IMG/VR virus record: IMGVR_UViG_3300043803_001696
DNA: 20,000 nt
Strand: one strand, 5' to 3'
Origin: an uncultured virus (IMG/VR IMGVR_UViG_3300043803_001696)
Taxonomy: Duplodnaviria; Heunggongvirae; Uroviricota; Caudoviricetes
Part shown: positions 1 through 6,603 of the stretch, piece by piece
Numbering within the stretch: the first letter of the stretch is position 1
Layout of the letters: every line of letters starts with the position of its first letter
The notes under the pieces: generated by a model
What the model saw: the letters and a program-made list of their open reading frames with translations, nothing else
What the model was told of the DNA's origin: nothing
The model's database searches: none
Program-made: the position numbers and the translations under genes

Positions 1-236
1 GCTATTTGCTTGCTAAGCAAGAAGAAAAAAGGAAGGAAGAGCAGGAAGAATGGATTTATGACCGCTTGTGTTCCATCATTGATAGTTGCATGGAGTGTGA
101 TGGCACCTACTACACAGAAAGTGCAGTGGAAGCCATTTTTGAAGTGTTTTATGATTGGTTAATTCACCACACTGAAAAGGACTGCGAAAAAGAACTTACC
201 AAATTGTTTAAGCCTTATATTGTGCAAAAGCACTAA
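1..236 (+). CDS. hypothetical phage protein, probably 5'-truncated by the window edge
   Basis: Frame is open from the window start to TAA at 234-236; acidic protein; no recognisable motif. Confidence 0.6.
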   Translation, partial: YLLAKQEEKRKEEQEEWIYDRLCSIIDSCMECDGTYYTESAVEAIFEVFYDWLIHHTEKDCEKELTKLFKPYIVQKH

Positions 237-266
237 TTGCTACCATTTTCTTTTTCCATAGCCTTT

Positions 267-298
267 AGCCTTAAGGAGCTAGTCTCTTTAGGGCTTTT
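267..298 (+). terminator. stem-loop plus short U tract directly before the ATG at 299
   Basis: AGCCTTAAGGAG (267-278) pairs with CTCTTTAGGGCT (284-295): 12 bp with 2 G-U pairs and a 5-nt loop, followed by TTT. Confidence 0.45.
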
Positions 299-487
299 AT
301 GTGGGATGATCTTCCTAGCCCCTTTATGGTGGGAGCCATTAAGGTGTGGCCGGTCCATTCCAGGCCAGATTTTTCTTGGTTTGTAGCTTACGAAGGTAAG
401 CCGTTCTATTTCAAAACCAAGAGCAGCGCCATGCTCTTCGCCAGGGACAAGCAGTCCATGGAAGACCCAGACGGGCTGTGCGACTAG
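299..487 (+). CDS. small hypothetical protein (62 aa)
   Basis: ATG-initiated ORF, co-oriented with its neighbours and filling the gap between them; aromatic-rich, protein-like composition. Confidence 0.7.
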   Translation: MWDDLPSPFMVGAIKVWPVHSRPDFSWFVAYEGKPFYFKTKSSAMLFARDKQSMEDPDGLCD

Positions 488-562
488 CGCCAATTGTGCA
501 AAGATGTTGTGATTAAAGCTGGCACGATGGAAGTTTGAGCTAGGCTTTTTCCTGTTGTCACC

Positions 563-584
563 AGCCCGCATGAGCGGGCTTTTT
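563..584 (+). terminator. intrinsic terminator-like hairpin immediately upstream of the RNR alpha gene
   Basis: AGCCCGC-ATGA-GCGGGCT followed by TTTT, ending 6 nt before the ATG at 591. Confidence 0.6.
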
Positions 585-590
585 CGTCTC

Positions 591-2036
591 ATGAAGCTGA
601 AGGAAGGAGCCAAGGCAGACAAGATTGCTCGCACAGGAAGAGTCCAAAATTGGATGGATGATACCAATGGACGCTTGCCCGTATCTTGCACAGTTTTTGT
701 AGTTGAAGATTCAATGGAAGGGGAGGAAGGCATTGAAGCATCTTGGCGCTTTGTTTCCCATGGTCTGCGTAATGGTGCAGGAGTTGCTGTTCATTTATCT
801 AATTTGCGCGGCAAAGGGCATGAAAATGGCAAAGGGCTTGTAGCAAGTGGTCCTGTAAGTTTTGGCAAGATTTATTCCACTCTCAATGAAATTCTTCGTC
901 GCGGCGGCGTCTATAAAAACGGGGCTGTAGTATTGCATCTTGATTATGACCATCCTGATGCGCTTGATTTCCTGCAAGCTTCTAGGCAAGAACTTCCATG
1001 GGTGAAACGTTGTCTAAACGTAGACGAAAATTTCCTTGAACGTTCTTCTAAGGAGCTGATTGATACTCTCCTTAAAGGCATTGGCACTGGCGACATCTGG
1101 CTTAATAAGATTCGCTACAACGAAAAAGGCGAGCGCATTCGTGCCAATGTTTGCCTGGAAGTGTATCTCCCCCATCGTGGCACCTGCCTGCTGCAGCATG
1201 TCAATATGGGCGCCTGCTCCATTGAAGACGTGACAGGGGCCTTTGTGGAGGGCATGGAGCAGCTCTGTGAGCTTCATGGCAAAACGGGCGTGGGCGCCAC
1301 AGGCGAATATCTTCCTTCTGTGATTGATAGACAAGTGGGGCTTGGCATGCTTGGGCTTGCTAATTTCCTTTCCCTCCATGGCATTTCTTATGCTGACTTC
1401 GGCAAAGCCCTGAAAGCCTTCAATCAAGAAGATCCGCGAGACTGGTATGAAATTATGGACAAGCCAGTGGGTAATGCCGTATTTGCCATCTTCCAAGGTA
1501 TTAGTGGTGCTGCTGAAGTGGCTCGTGAAGCTGGAATGGAACGCGCCTTCTGCATTGCTCCTACAGCCTCTTGCTCCTACCGCTATTTAGATTCCAAAGG
1601 CTTTACGACAGCCCCTGAAATCGCCCCTCCCATTGCTCGTTTAGTTGATCGGGATAGTGGCACTTTCGGCGTGGAAAGCTTTGACTATGGGGAAGTGGAA
1701 ATTGCTGCTGAAGTGGGCTGGGACAATTACAAACTGGTCGCAGATGAGCTGGTACGTCTGTATCAAAACACTGGTCTTTTCCATGGCTATTCGTATAACT
1801 CATGGAGCGACATTGTTATTTACGACGAGGCCTTCTTGAAAGATTGGCTAGAATCTCCTCAGACAAGCCTCTACTATTCGCTGCAAGTTCTCCCGGACAC
1901 GCAACGAAAAGATGATGCTTACGCTGCCTTAGACGACGAATTTAAGACCATGTTTGGACTCAGCGATACTGAGCCCTTAGGAGAGACTGTCTCTTGTGGC
2001 ATAGATGCTGGTTTCTGCGCTGCATGTGCAGAGTGA
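591..2036 (+). CDS. nrdA: ribonucleotide reductase large (alpha) subunit, minimal cyanophage type (Cyano SP / class O-slash-like clade)
   Basis: Motifs: LPVSC (proximal Cys), finger loop NVCLE, TCLL, IAPTASCS, SLYY tyrosine dyad and C-terminal CAAC. About 481 aa with no ATP cone. Start moved to ATG 591 because the upstream TTG extension overlaps a terminator-like hairpin. Confidence 0.95.
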   Translation: MKLKEGAKADKIARTGRVQNWMDDTNGRLPVSCTVFVVEDSMEGEEGIEASWRFVSHGLRNGAGVAVHLSNLRGKGHENGKGLVASGPVSFGKIYSTLNEILRRGGVYKNGAVVLHLDYDHPDALDFLQASRQELPWVKRCLNVDENFLERSSKELIDTLLKGIGTGDIWLNKIRYNEKGERIRANVCLEVYLPHRGTCLLQHVNMGACSIEDVTGAFVEGMEQLCELHGKTGVGATGEYLPSVIDRQVGLGMLGLANFLSLHGISYADFGKALKAFNQEDPRDWYEIMDKPVGNAVFAIFQGISGAAEVAREAGMERAFCIAPTASCSYRYLDSKGFTTAPEIAPPIARLVDRDSGTFGVESFDYGEVEIAAEVGWDNYKLVADELVRLYQNTGLFHGYSYNSWSDIVIYDEAFLKDWLESPQTSLYYSLQVLPDTQRKDDAYAALDDEFKTMFGLSDTEPLGETVSCGIDAGFCAACAE

Positions 2037-2062
2037 CCCATCCTTCTCCTCCTTTTGTTGAT

Positions 2063-2082
2063 GGGGCCGCTTTGACGGCCCT
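2063..2082 (+). other. intergenic GC-rich hairpin between nrdA and nrdB
   Basis: GGGCCG (2064-2069) pairs with CGGCCC (2076-2081) around a 6-nt loop, followed by a pyrimidine-rich tract. Confidence 0.45.
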
Positions 2083-2123
2083 CTTCTGTCTGTTTTCATT
2101 CCTTTCCATCGCGCTTTCTAATA

Positions 2124-2858
2124 ATGACCGTCCTTGAAAAGAGCCCCTATTCAGCAATGATCGCCAAGAAGCGCCCCTGGCAAGCCACGCCAGTGGACAA
2201 TTCGCCTGTGAAGGAAGGCGCTGAATCCACGCTTTTCAAGACCATTGCTTTGCGCCACCTTGAACTGCCCGTGAAGGACTTGCTTGAGCAAGGCTTACAG
2301 AAGGAACTGCCTTCCACTCCTGGCATCATTGAGGCGTTGCGCTCCAACCAGAAGGATGAAGAGCGTCATGATGAAGCGCTGAACTATGTTGCTGCCGCCT
2401 ATGGCACTGACGAGAAGGCAGAGCGAGAAGTGCAAAACATCTTGAAGGTGTGGATGGAGCACCCCGCCCATCCAATTCATAAAGTGTCCATTATTGAGCG
2501 TTCTATCTTCTTCGTTGCCCTGCCGTTCTTCCGCTTCAATGGCAACATCGGCATGCGCACGGTGTCAGCAGACATTAGCCGTGACGAGCAAGTGCATTGT
2601 GGCGTTCATGGTTTGGTGGCCAAGGAACTGGGCGAAACGGAAACGGAAAGCCTTAATAAGCTGCGCATTGCCACTGCTGGCTGGCTGTTTGAGCACTTGG
2701 GCAAGAGCGATGATCAATGGCTCGACAAAAACGCTTGGATGCAGCGCTCTGAGCGCCTGTTCTGGGAAGGAAAGGCTTCTGGCATGGAAGACTCCCGTCG
2801 TAGCCGTCAAATCGCGTTCTTTGAAAGTTCAAACGTAAATCTTCCATGCTATGGTTGA
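2124..2858 (+). CDS. nrdB: ribonucleotide reductase small (beta) subunit, ferritin-like, cyanophage type
   Basis: Directly downstream of alpha. Di-metal ligand pattern E (RHLE), DEERH, E (IIER), DEQVH. C-terminus AFFESSNVNLPCYG. Leu, not Tyr, lies four residues after the first His ligand. Confidence 0.9.
   Translation: MTVLEKSPYSAMIAKKRPWQATPVDNSPVKEGAESTLFKTIALRHLELPVKDLLEQGLQKELPSTPGIIEALRSNQKDEERHDEALNYVAAAYGTDEKAEREVQNILKVWMEHPAHPIHKVSIIERSIFFVALPFFRFNGNIGMRTVSADISRDEQVHCGVHGLVAKELGETETESLNKLRIATAGWLFEHLGKSDDQWLDKNAWMQRSERLFWEGKASGMEDSRRSRQIAFFESSNVNLPCYG
2823..2855 (+). repeat. imperfect direct repeat, copy 1 (3' end of nrdB)
   Basis: 25 of 33 nt identical to 3516-3548, including a perfect 14-nt core AACGTAAATCTTCC (2832-2845 and 3525-3538). 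Confidence 0.9.
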
Positions 2859-2885
2859 CATTTGATTCCCTTCTTATGCTATGAT
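2855..2885 (+). promoter_or_regulatory. sigma70-type promoter for the HNH gene
   Basis: TTGACA (2855-2860, overlapping the nrdB stop codon), a 19-nt spacer, and extended -10 TGcTATGAT (2877-2885). The spacer is longer than optimal. Confidence 0.6.
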
Positions 2886-2886
2886 T

Positions 2887-2912
2887 ACGGGGTTAACCAC
2901 CCCGTTTTTTTT
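2887..2912 (+). terminator. intrinsic terminator hairpin abutting the HNH start codon
   Basis: ACGGGGT-TAACC-ACCCCGT, with a run of 8 T (2905-2912), then ATG at 2913. Confidence 0.7.
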
Positions 2913-3554
2913 ATGGAAGAAATCTGGAAACCTATTCCTGGCTACGAAAATTTATACGAAGCCTCAAGCTTGGGTAATATTAGATCTGTAGACAGGACTG
3001 TTTTAGATGAGCGAAATCAGAAGCAGCGCACGCGCACATTCAGGGGGAGACAATTGTCCCCAAATATCAATAAAGATAGCGGCCGTCATTCTGTCATGCT
3101 TTCTAAAGAAGGAAAGACAAAAAGATTCACAGTCGCTCGTTTAATTTGCCTGGCTTTTCATGGCTTGCCTCCAGAAGGGAAAAATTTAGTATTGCATTAT
3201 GACGACATTCATACAAATAATATGCCAGAAAACTTAAGGTGGGGCAATCACTTGGAAAATCTAGAAGATTGCGTTCGCAATAGAGGCTCTCATCCCCGTT
3301 ACATTGATGGCAGAAGCAATCGCAAGAGAGGACCAGTCGGGGGCGCCATCTTAAATGAGTATCAAGTAAGAGTGTTGAGGCGACTTCCTGACCTACGCTC
3401 ACTGCGAGGGTTGAGGGAAGACCTGGCCGAAGAGTGGGGAGTCGCTCCTTCTAGCATATCCAGCGCCAAATACAAACAAACAGCGTGGAACACGCTATCT
3501 CCTGTGCCGCTATGGGAAATCGCCAACGTAAATCTTCCTTCCTACGGCTCTTGA
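2913..3554 (+). CDS. NUMOD4 + HNH homing endonuclease with a C-terminal helical domain and an nrdB-derived tail
   Basis: N-terminal EEIWKPIPGYENLYEASSLGNIRS (NUMOD4); HNH_3-like VARLICLAFHG...VLHYDDIHTNNMPENLRWGNHLEN; ends in EIANVNLPSYGS. Confidence 0.92.
   Translation: MEEIWKPIPGYENLYEASSLGNIRSVDRTVLDERNQKQRTRTFRGRQLSPNINKDSGRHSVMLSKEGKTKRFTVARLICLAFHGLPPEGKNLVLHYDDIHTNNMPENLRWGNHLENLEDCVRNRGSHPRYIDGRSNRKRGPVGGAILNEYQVRVLRRLPDLRSLRGLREDLAEEWGVAPSSISSAKYKQTAWNTLSPVPLWEIANVNLPSYGS
3516..3548 (+). repeat. imperfect direct repeat, copy 2 (nrdB-like 3' end fused in frame to the HNH ORF)
   Basis: Encodes EIANVNLPSYG, compared with ESSNVNLPCYG at the end of nrdB. Confidence 0.9.
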
Positions 3555-3558
3555 CGCT

Positions 3559-3598
3559 GTGGGGCTTCCGCTATTGCTACATCGGAAGCCCCGCTTTT
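3559..3598 (+). terminator. terminator-like hairpin after the HNH stop codon (probably the original nrdB terminator)
   Basis: GGGGCTTCCG (3561-3570) pairs with CGGAAGCCCC (3583-3592), followed by GCTTTT. Confidence 0.65.
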
Positions 3599-3657
3599 CC
3601 CGCATAGAAAGCCCCGTCTTTCTTGTCTAGAGTTGATTAAAGACTTCTTCAAAAGCC

Positions 3658-3870
3658 GTGGGCGAGCGCAGGACGTTTGACACCCCCATTCGCTGCAAAT
3701 GGAACGCGCCCATTCATAATTTATTGAAAGCCATTGATAATCACACTGAATTATTTCTTCTCCATGGAGACCCTTGGCATGCCAAAAAGGCAGCAGAACT
3801 CAGGGCTTATGTTCACGAACTAAAAACTTGGATTCACAAAGAAGAACAAAATACCCTTGGTCAGATTTGA
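3658..3870 (+). CDS. hypothetical phage protein (70 aa)
   Basis: GTG start with a TAGAGT -10-like hexamer at 3628-3633; helical Trp/His-containing sequence; 3' end overlaps the antisense tRNA by 19 nt. Confidence 0.7.
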   Translation: MGERRTFDTPIRCKWNAPIHNLLKAIDNHTELFLLHGDPWHAKKAAELRAYVHELKTWIHKEEQNTLGQI

Positions 3871-3925
3871 ACTGACACTTGTCTGAGCTTAAATCAGATG
3901 CCTCTTCCTATTGGGCTACAAGGGC
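3852..3925 (-). tRNA. trnL: tRNA-Leu (anticodon UAA), 74 nt, short variable loop, no intron, CCA not encoded
   Basis: Minus strand folds into a cloverleaf: acceptor GCCCTTG/CAAGGGT with discriminator A; D arm GCC..GGC with GG in the loop; anticodon arm TCTGA-TTTAAGC-TCAGA; variable loop CAAGT; T arm GTCAG-TTCAAAT-CTGAC. Confidence 0.92.
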
Positions 3926-4083
3926 GTGAGACAGAACTTATCCCGCATTAGGGAATTAACAGGTGCGGCCTGTAGTTCTGTCAACAAGAACCATGAATGC
4001 TTCAACTCATCCACGGCATCTCCGAAACCAGCATTGACGAGGATGCTGGTGCCGTTGGCCAACGGGCTCCTGCAGGAAGCCCC
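3926..4083 (-). ncRNA. candidate structured RNA or long tRNA leader, family unidentified
   Basis: Dense helices: 3930-3938/3974-3982 enclosing two hairpins; 3993-3998/4005-4010; 4027-4034/4043-4050; 4013-4018/4050-4055; 4064-4068/4078-4082. Lies between a promoter and the tRNA. Confidence 0.5.
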
Positions 4084-4086
4084 AAA

Positions 4087-4115
4087 ATCTTAGCAGCGCC
4101 AGCTCCAAAACACAA
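4087..4115 (-). promoter_or_regulatory. sigma70-type promoter driving the structured RNA and tRNA-Leu
   Basis: Minus strand: TTGTGT, a 17-nt spacer, then extended -10 TGcTAAGAT; predicted start near 4080-4082. Confidence 0.65.
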
Positions 4116-4146
4116 CCGCTCCTTCTGAGCACAATTGCTTATGTAC

Positions 4147-4170
4147 GTGCCTTGCCTCTCGCAGGGGCAC
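4147..4170 (-). other. GC-rich hairpin downstream of the CP12-like gene (possible terminator or stabiliser)
   Basis: Minus strand GTGCCCCTGC-GAGAG-GCAAGGCAC; no clear U tract. Confidence 0.4.
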
Positions 4171-4220
4171 TACAACTTCCCTTTTCTGACCATGAAGGAT
4201 AAACAACAGTCCAACCATGG

Positions 4221-4451
4221 CTAGATGTCATAAAGCTTGCATCGCGGAGAATCAGGGAACAGCGAACATTCCTTGTCCCACCAATCCCCTCTGTCTTTCT
4301 CTCCATTGAGCCAATAATATTGCTGCATGTGGTGAGCGTAGGCCTTTTCAGCCAACTTGCGATCTTCCATGCTCACGCCAGGCTCTTGCATGGCATAAGC
4401 GGCTTCAATGGCAGCGTGAAACGCCTCTTCAGCAGCCCGAGAAAGAACCAT
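4221..4451 (-). CDS. cp12: divergent CP12-like protein (Calvin cycle inhibitor family)
   Basis: 76 aa ending in C-x3-P-x4-C-x2-Y-D (CSLFPDSPRCKLYDI), the CP12 C-terminal signature. TAGACT -10 hexamer 21 nt upstream. Confidence 0.6.
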   Translation of the reverse strand: MVLSRAAEEAFHAAIEAAYAMQEPGVSMEDRKLAEKAYAHHMQQYYWLNGEKDRGDWWDKECSLFPDSPRCKLYDI

Positions 4452-4475
4452 GGTGGAAACGCAAGTACGGCTAGT

Positions 4476-4664
4476 CTATTCAACGCTTTCTTTCTTTGCA
4501 AGTTGCTCCACCTTTAACTGCTGCTGCAGCTTTTTCAAGCGTGGCAGGAGCGAGGGTTCGTAAAAATGATCTGCTGCTAGCAGTTGAAGAGCAGTTTGCC
4601 TATCAGCTTCTAACAATGCAACAAGATACGACACCTCCTTCAAGGAAAGATAAAAATGCTTCAT
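4476..4664 (-). CDS. small helical hypothetical protein (62 aa)
   Basis: ATG ORF downstream of terL; TAGAAT hexamers upstream at 4683-4688 and 4700-4705. Confidence 0.65.
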   Translation of the reverse strand: MKHFYLSLKEVSYLVALLEADRQTALQLLAADHFYEPSLLPRLKKLQQQLKVEQLAKKESVE

Positions 4665-4712
4665 TTTTCAAAAAAGTCGATAATTCTAAATTCCTGAAAA
4701 TTCTAGTGGTGA

Positions 4713-6089
4713 TCAGCGTACCAGACTGTTCAGCCAATCAATATCATTATCCTTAGAGGCTTCAAGAATGGCACCAGCCAAGGCAAAAGCGTAGTCATCT
4801 ACTCCCACTTCTTTACCACCAGTTACTGCCCATTGCCCACTGCTTCTGTAGATAACACTGAGGTTTTTCAGTTGCTTGACGGCTTTCTCGTGAGGATACA
4901 TTTCAATAAGGCCAGCATTAAAGAGCTCCTTCATCTTGCTAAATGCTTTCATCTTGGTGCTAACGGACCAAGCAAGTTCAGCAATGGGGAAGTCTTTAGA
5001 CATGCTTTGAATGGTGCCAGAACTGTTGAACTGGTCAAGCACAATACTTTGAAAATCGTAAATGCGGTGGTGCTCCCTAATCCATTCTTCTACCTTGGCA
5101 ATATTCACTTCTTTCTTTCCGCCAATATCAAAATCAGGCTCAAAGGCGTGAAATTTGTCCACCACTAGGCGCTCACCTTCGTAATGCACAATGCAAGCAG
5201 TGTAATCATCTCGACCCACGCCACCACGAGCAGGGTCAAGGGCCAATACATATGTTCCCATTAGTTCACGCTGCGGAAACAAAATGCCCCTTTCTTTATT
5301 CACGGAAATGTCAACAATCTCCGCTGCCAACAATGCAGAGTTGTTCTTGGCAAACTGAGCACCATATTCCACCCAGAACTTATCAGGGTCGCGTTTTAGT
5401 TCAGCTTCAAGGAACGGACACCCCCATGGCAAATTTGGATTGACTGTCCAAGTGGCCAGGTTTTCCGCTTGCATGAACGGGTAGTCACCAGACGTGGCTT
5501 CGCAATAGTGTTGATAGAACAAGCCATCAGTGAGCCATGGCGAAGACAGTTCCAGGATGCGACCGTGCTTGCCAAACTGAGCGATGGAGGGAGACAGGGC
5601 TTGGTAGATGGCACCGGCGCCACGGTTGGCATCGCCTTCAATGGCAAAGCTCAGCTCGTCCATGATTAGCATCACCACGGCTTTACCACGAGAAGCACGA
5701 GCTGATGCGGGAATGGCCTGGAACACGCAATTATTGCTCACTTCAATCTCAGTGGCCGTCTCCCTAGTGATCTCACCCACCAAGGGAGAGTCCATCAACA
5801 ATTGACGGATGTTGTTCAGGGCAAGCTTGGCCTGGCTTTGATCGTTTGCAATGGTGAGGATGTAAAACTTTTCCGACTTTCTTACGCGCCTCTTGTATTG
5901 ATCTTCCAGAACAAAGCAGGCATAGAGCGCTGCAATGGAGGCCATGAGCGTCTTACCACAGCGTCGGCCTAGTGCCCACACAGCGTGCGTCTTGTCTCCA
6001 CCAAAATAAGAATCAAGAATGCGCTTCTGCTCAGGCCACAACTCTAATTGCAGAACTAGCTTGGCAAATTCACTGCATTTAAGCTTCAT
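4713..6089 (-). CDS. terL: terminase large subunit
   Basis: Q motif (LWPEQ), Walker A GRRCGKT, Walker B MLIMDE, coupling motif LSSP, and RNase H-like nuclease acidic motifs LALDPA...DDYTA, VLDQF, DDYAFALA. Confidence 0.95.
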   Translation of the reverse strand: MKLKCSEFAKLVLQLELWPEQKRILDSYFGGDKTHAVWALGRRCGKTLMASIAALYACFVLEDQYKRRVRKSEKFYILTIANDQSQAKLALNNIRQLLMDSPLVGEITRETATEIEVSNNCVFQAIPASARASRGKAVVMLIMDELSFAIEGDANRGAGAIYQALSPSIAQFGKHGRILELSSPWLTDGLFYQHYCEATSGDYPFMQAENLATWTVNPNLPWGCPFLEAELKRDPDKFWVEYGAQFAKNNSALLAAEIVDISVNKERGILFPQRELMGTYVLALDPARGGVGRDDYTACIVHYEGERLVVDKFHAFEPDFDIGGKKEVNIAKVEEWIREHHRIYDFQSIVLDQFNSSGTIQSMSKDFPIAELAWSVSTKMKAFSKMKELFNAGLIEMYPHEKAVKQLKNLSVIYRSSGQWAVTGGKEVGVDDYAFALAGAILEASKDNDIDWLNSLVR

Positions 6090-6571
6090 GCAAGTTCATC
6101 CATGCTGCGCAACTTTTCTTTAGGGACAAAATATGCAGGGCGTCCACGGGCAGGATCAGCCCAATATTTCTCCTCCATCGCCTCTTCTCCATAGCACCAG
6201 CCATGGATGAGGGTGGTCTTGTCTTCAATCGTAACCAAGACAAACTTCTTTTTCGGACTTTCGTTTTTTTGGACGATCAAGTCATATTTATGCTTGCTTC
6301 TGGTTTTTACGTCAATGCCAGGCAGATCATCAGAGCCGCGCTTAGCTTCAGTTTCTTGATAAAGCAAAGGTTTCATGCCCAGATAAGAGGCCACTGCCAT
6401 TTCCCCCGCCGCGCCCAGTAGATGAATATCCAGAGCCTTGCTTCCCTTCCAGGCTCCGCCATTACGCCCGCGCAAGCCTTTGCTTTCATTAAAGCCCTGG
6501 CGCCTCAGTCCTTCCTCCATGGCCAATTGACGTTCTTCATCAGTGAAGACAAATTCAATGGGAGTGGGCAT
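6086..6571 (-). CDS. putative PD-(D/E)xK nuclease-fold protein, translationally coupled to terL
   Basis: Pattern GAAGEMAVA...GSDDL..IDVKT; ATGA overlap with terL. Start set at ATG 6571 because the longer ORF runs into the portal gene. Confidence 0.65.
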   Translation of the reverse strand: MPTPIEFVFTDEERQLAMEEGLRRQGFNESKGLRGRNGGAWKGSKALDIHLLGAAGEMAVASYLGMKPLLYQETEAKRGSDDLPGIDVKTRSKHKYDLIVQKNESPKKKFVLVTIEDKTTLIHGWCYGEEAMEEKYWADPARGRPAYFVPKEKLRSMDELA

Positions 6572-6586
6572 GATTAAATGGACATC

Positions 6587-6603
6587 GTGGCTACTGTAGC
6601 CAC
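6587..6603. promoter_or_regulatory. perfect 8-1-8 inverted repeat in the divergent terminase/portal promoter region (operator-like)
   Basis: GTGGCTAC-T-GTAGCCAC. Overlaps a minus-strand TACAGT hexamer (6593-6598) and lies next to a plus-strand TAGCAT (6608-6613). Confidence 0.55.

Larger units (their letters stand above)
2832..3538 (+). mobile_element. free-standing homing endonuclease cassette inserted at the nrdB 3' end and bounded by direct repeats (693-bp period)
   Basis: NUMOD4-HNH ORF with its own promoter and hairpin, flanked by duplicated nrdB terminal codons; more TTA codons than the capsid gene. Confidence 0.75.

Noticed and set aside
497..512. Possible NrdR box upstream of nrdA (TGCAAAGATGTTGTGA)
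   Set aside because: Only the right half matches, the conserved C is missing and no tandem second box is seen.
555..590. Longer starts in the ORF track (555, 2862, 6745, 9362, 19187, 19594)
   Set aside because: They use TTG starts or run through terminators, promoters or neighbouring genes; downstream ATGs fit the domain boundaries better.
2832..3524. Group I intron in nrdB carrying the HNH gene
   Set aside because: nrdB is complete with its own stop codon, and the ORF fills nearly the whole insert, leaving no room for a ribozyme core.
4021..4050. Hammerhead-like words GAAA and TGACGA on the plus strand
   Set aside because: Only 7 nt separate them, too few for stems I and III, and the promoter points to minus-strand transcription.
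3995..4065. Glutamine (glnA) riboswitch resemblance on the minus strand (CGTTGGCC...GAAGCA)
   Set aside because: No AGUA E-loop strand or closing AACG in the right place, and no downstream CDS.
3911..4093. 60-aa plus-strand ORF
   Set aside because: TTG start lies inside the tRNA, antisense to a promoter-driven structured region; no protein motif.
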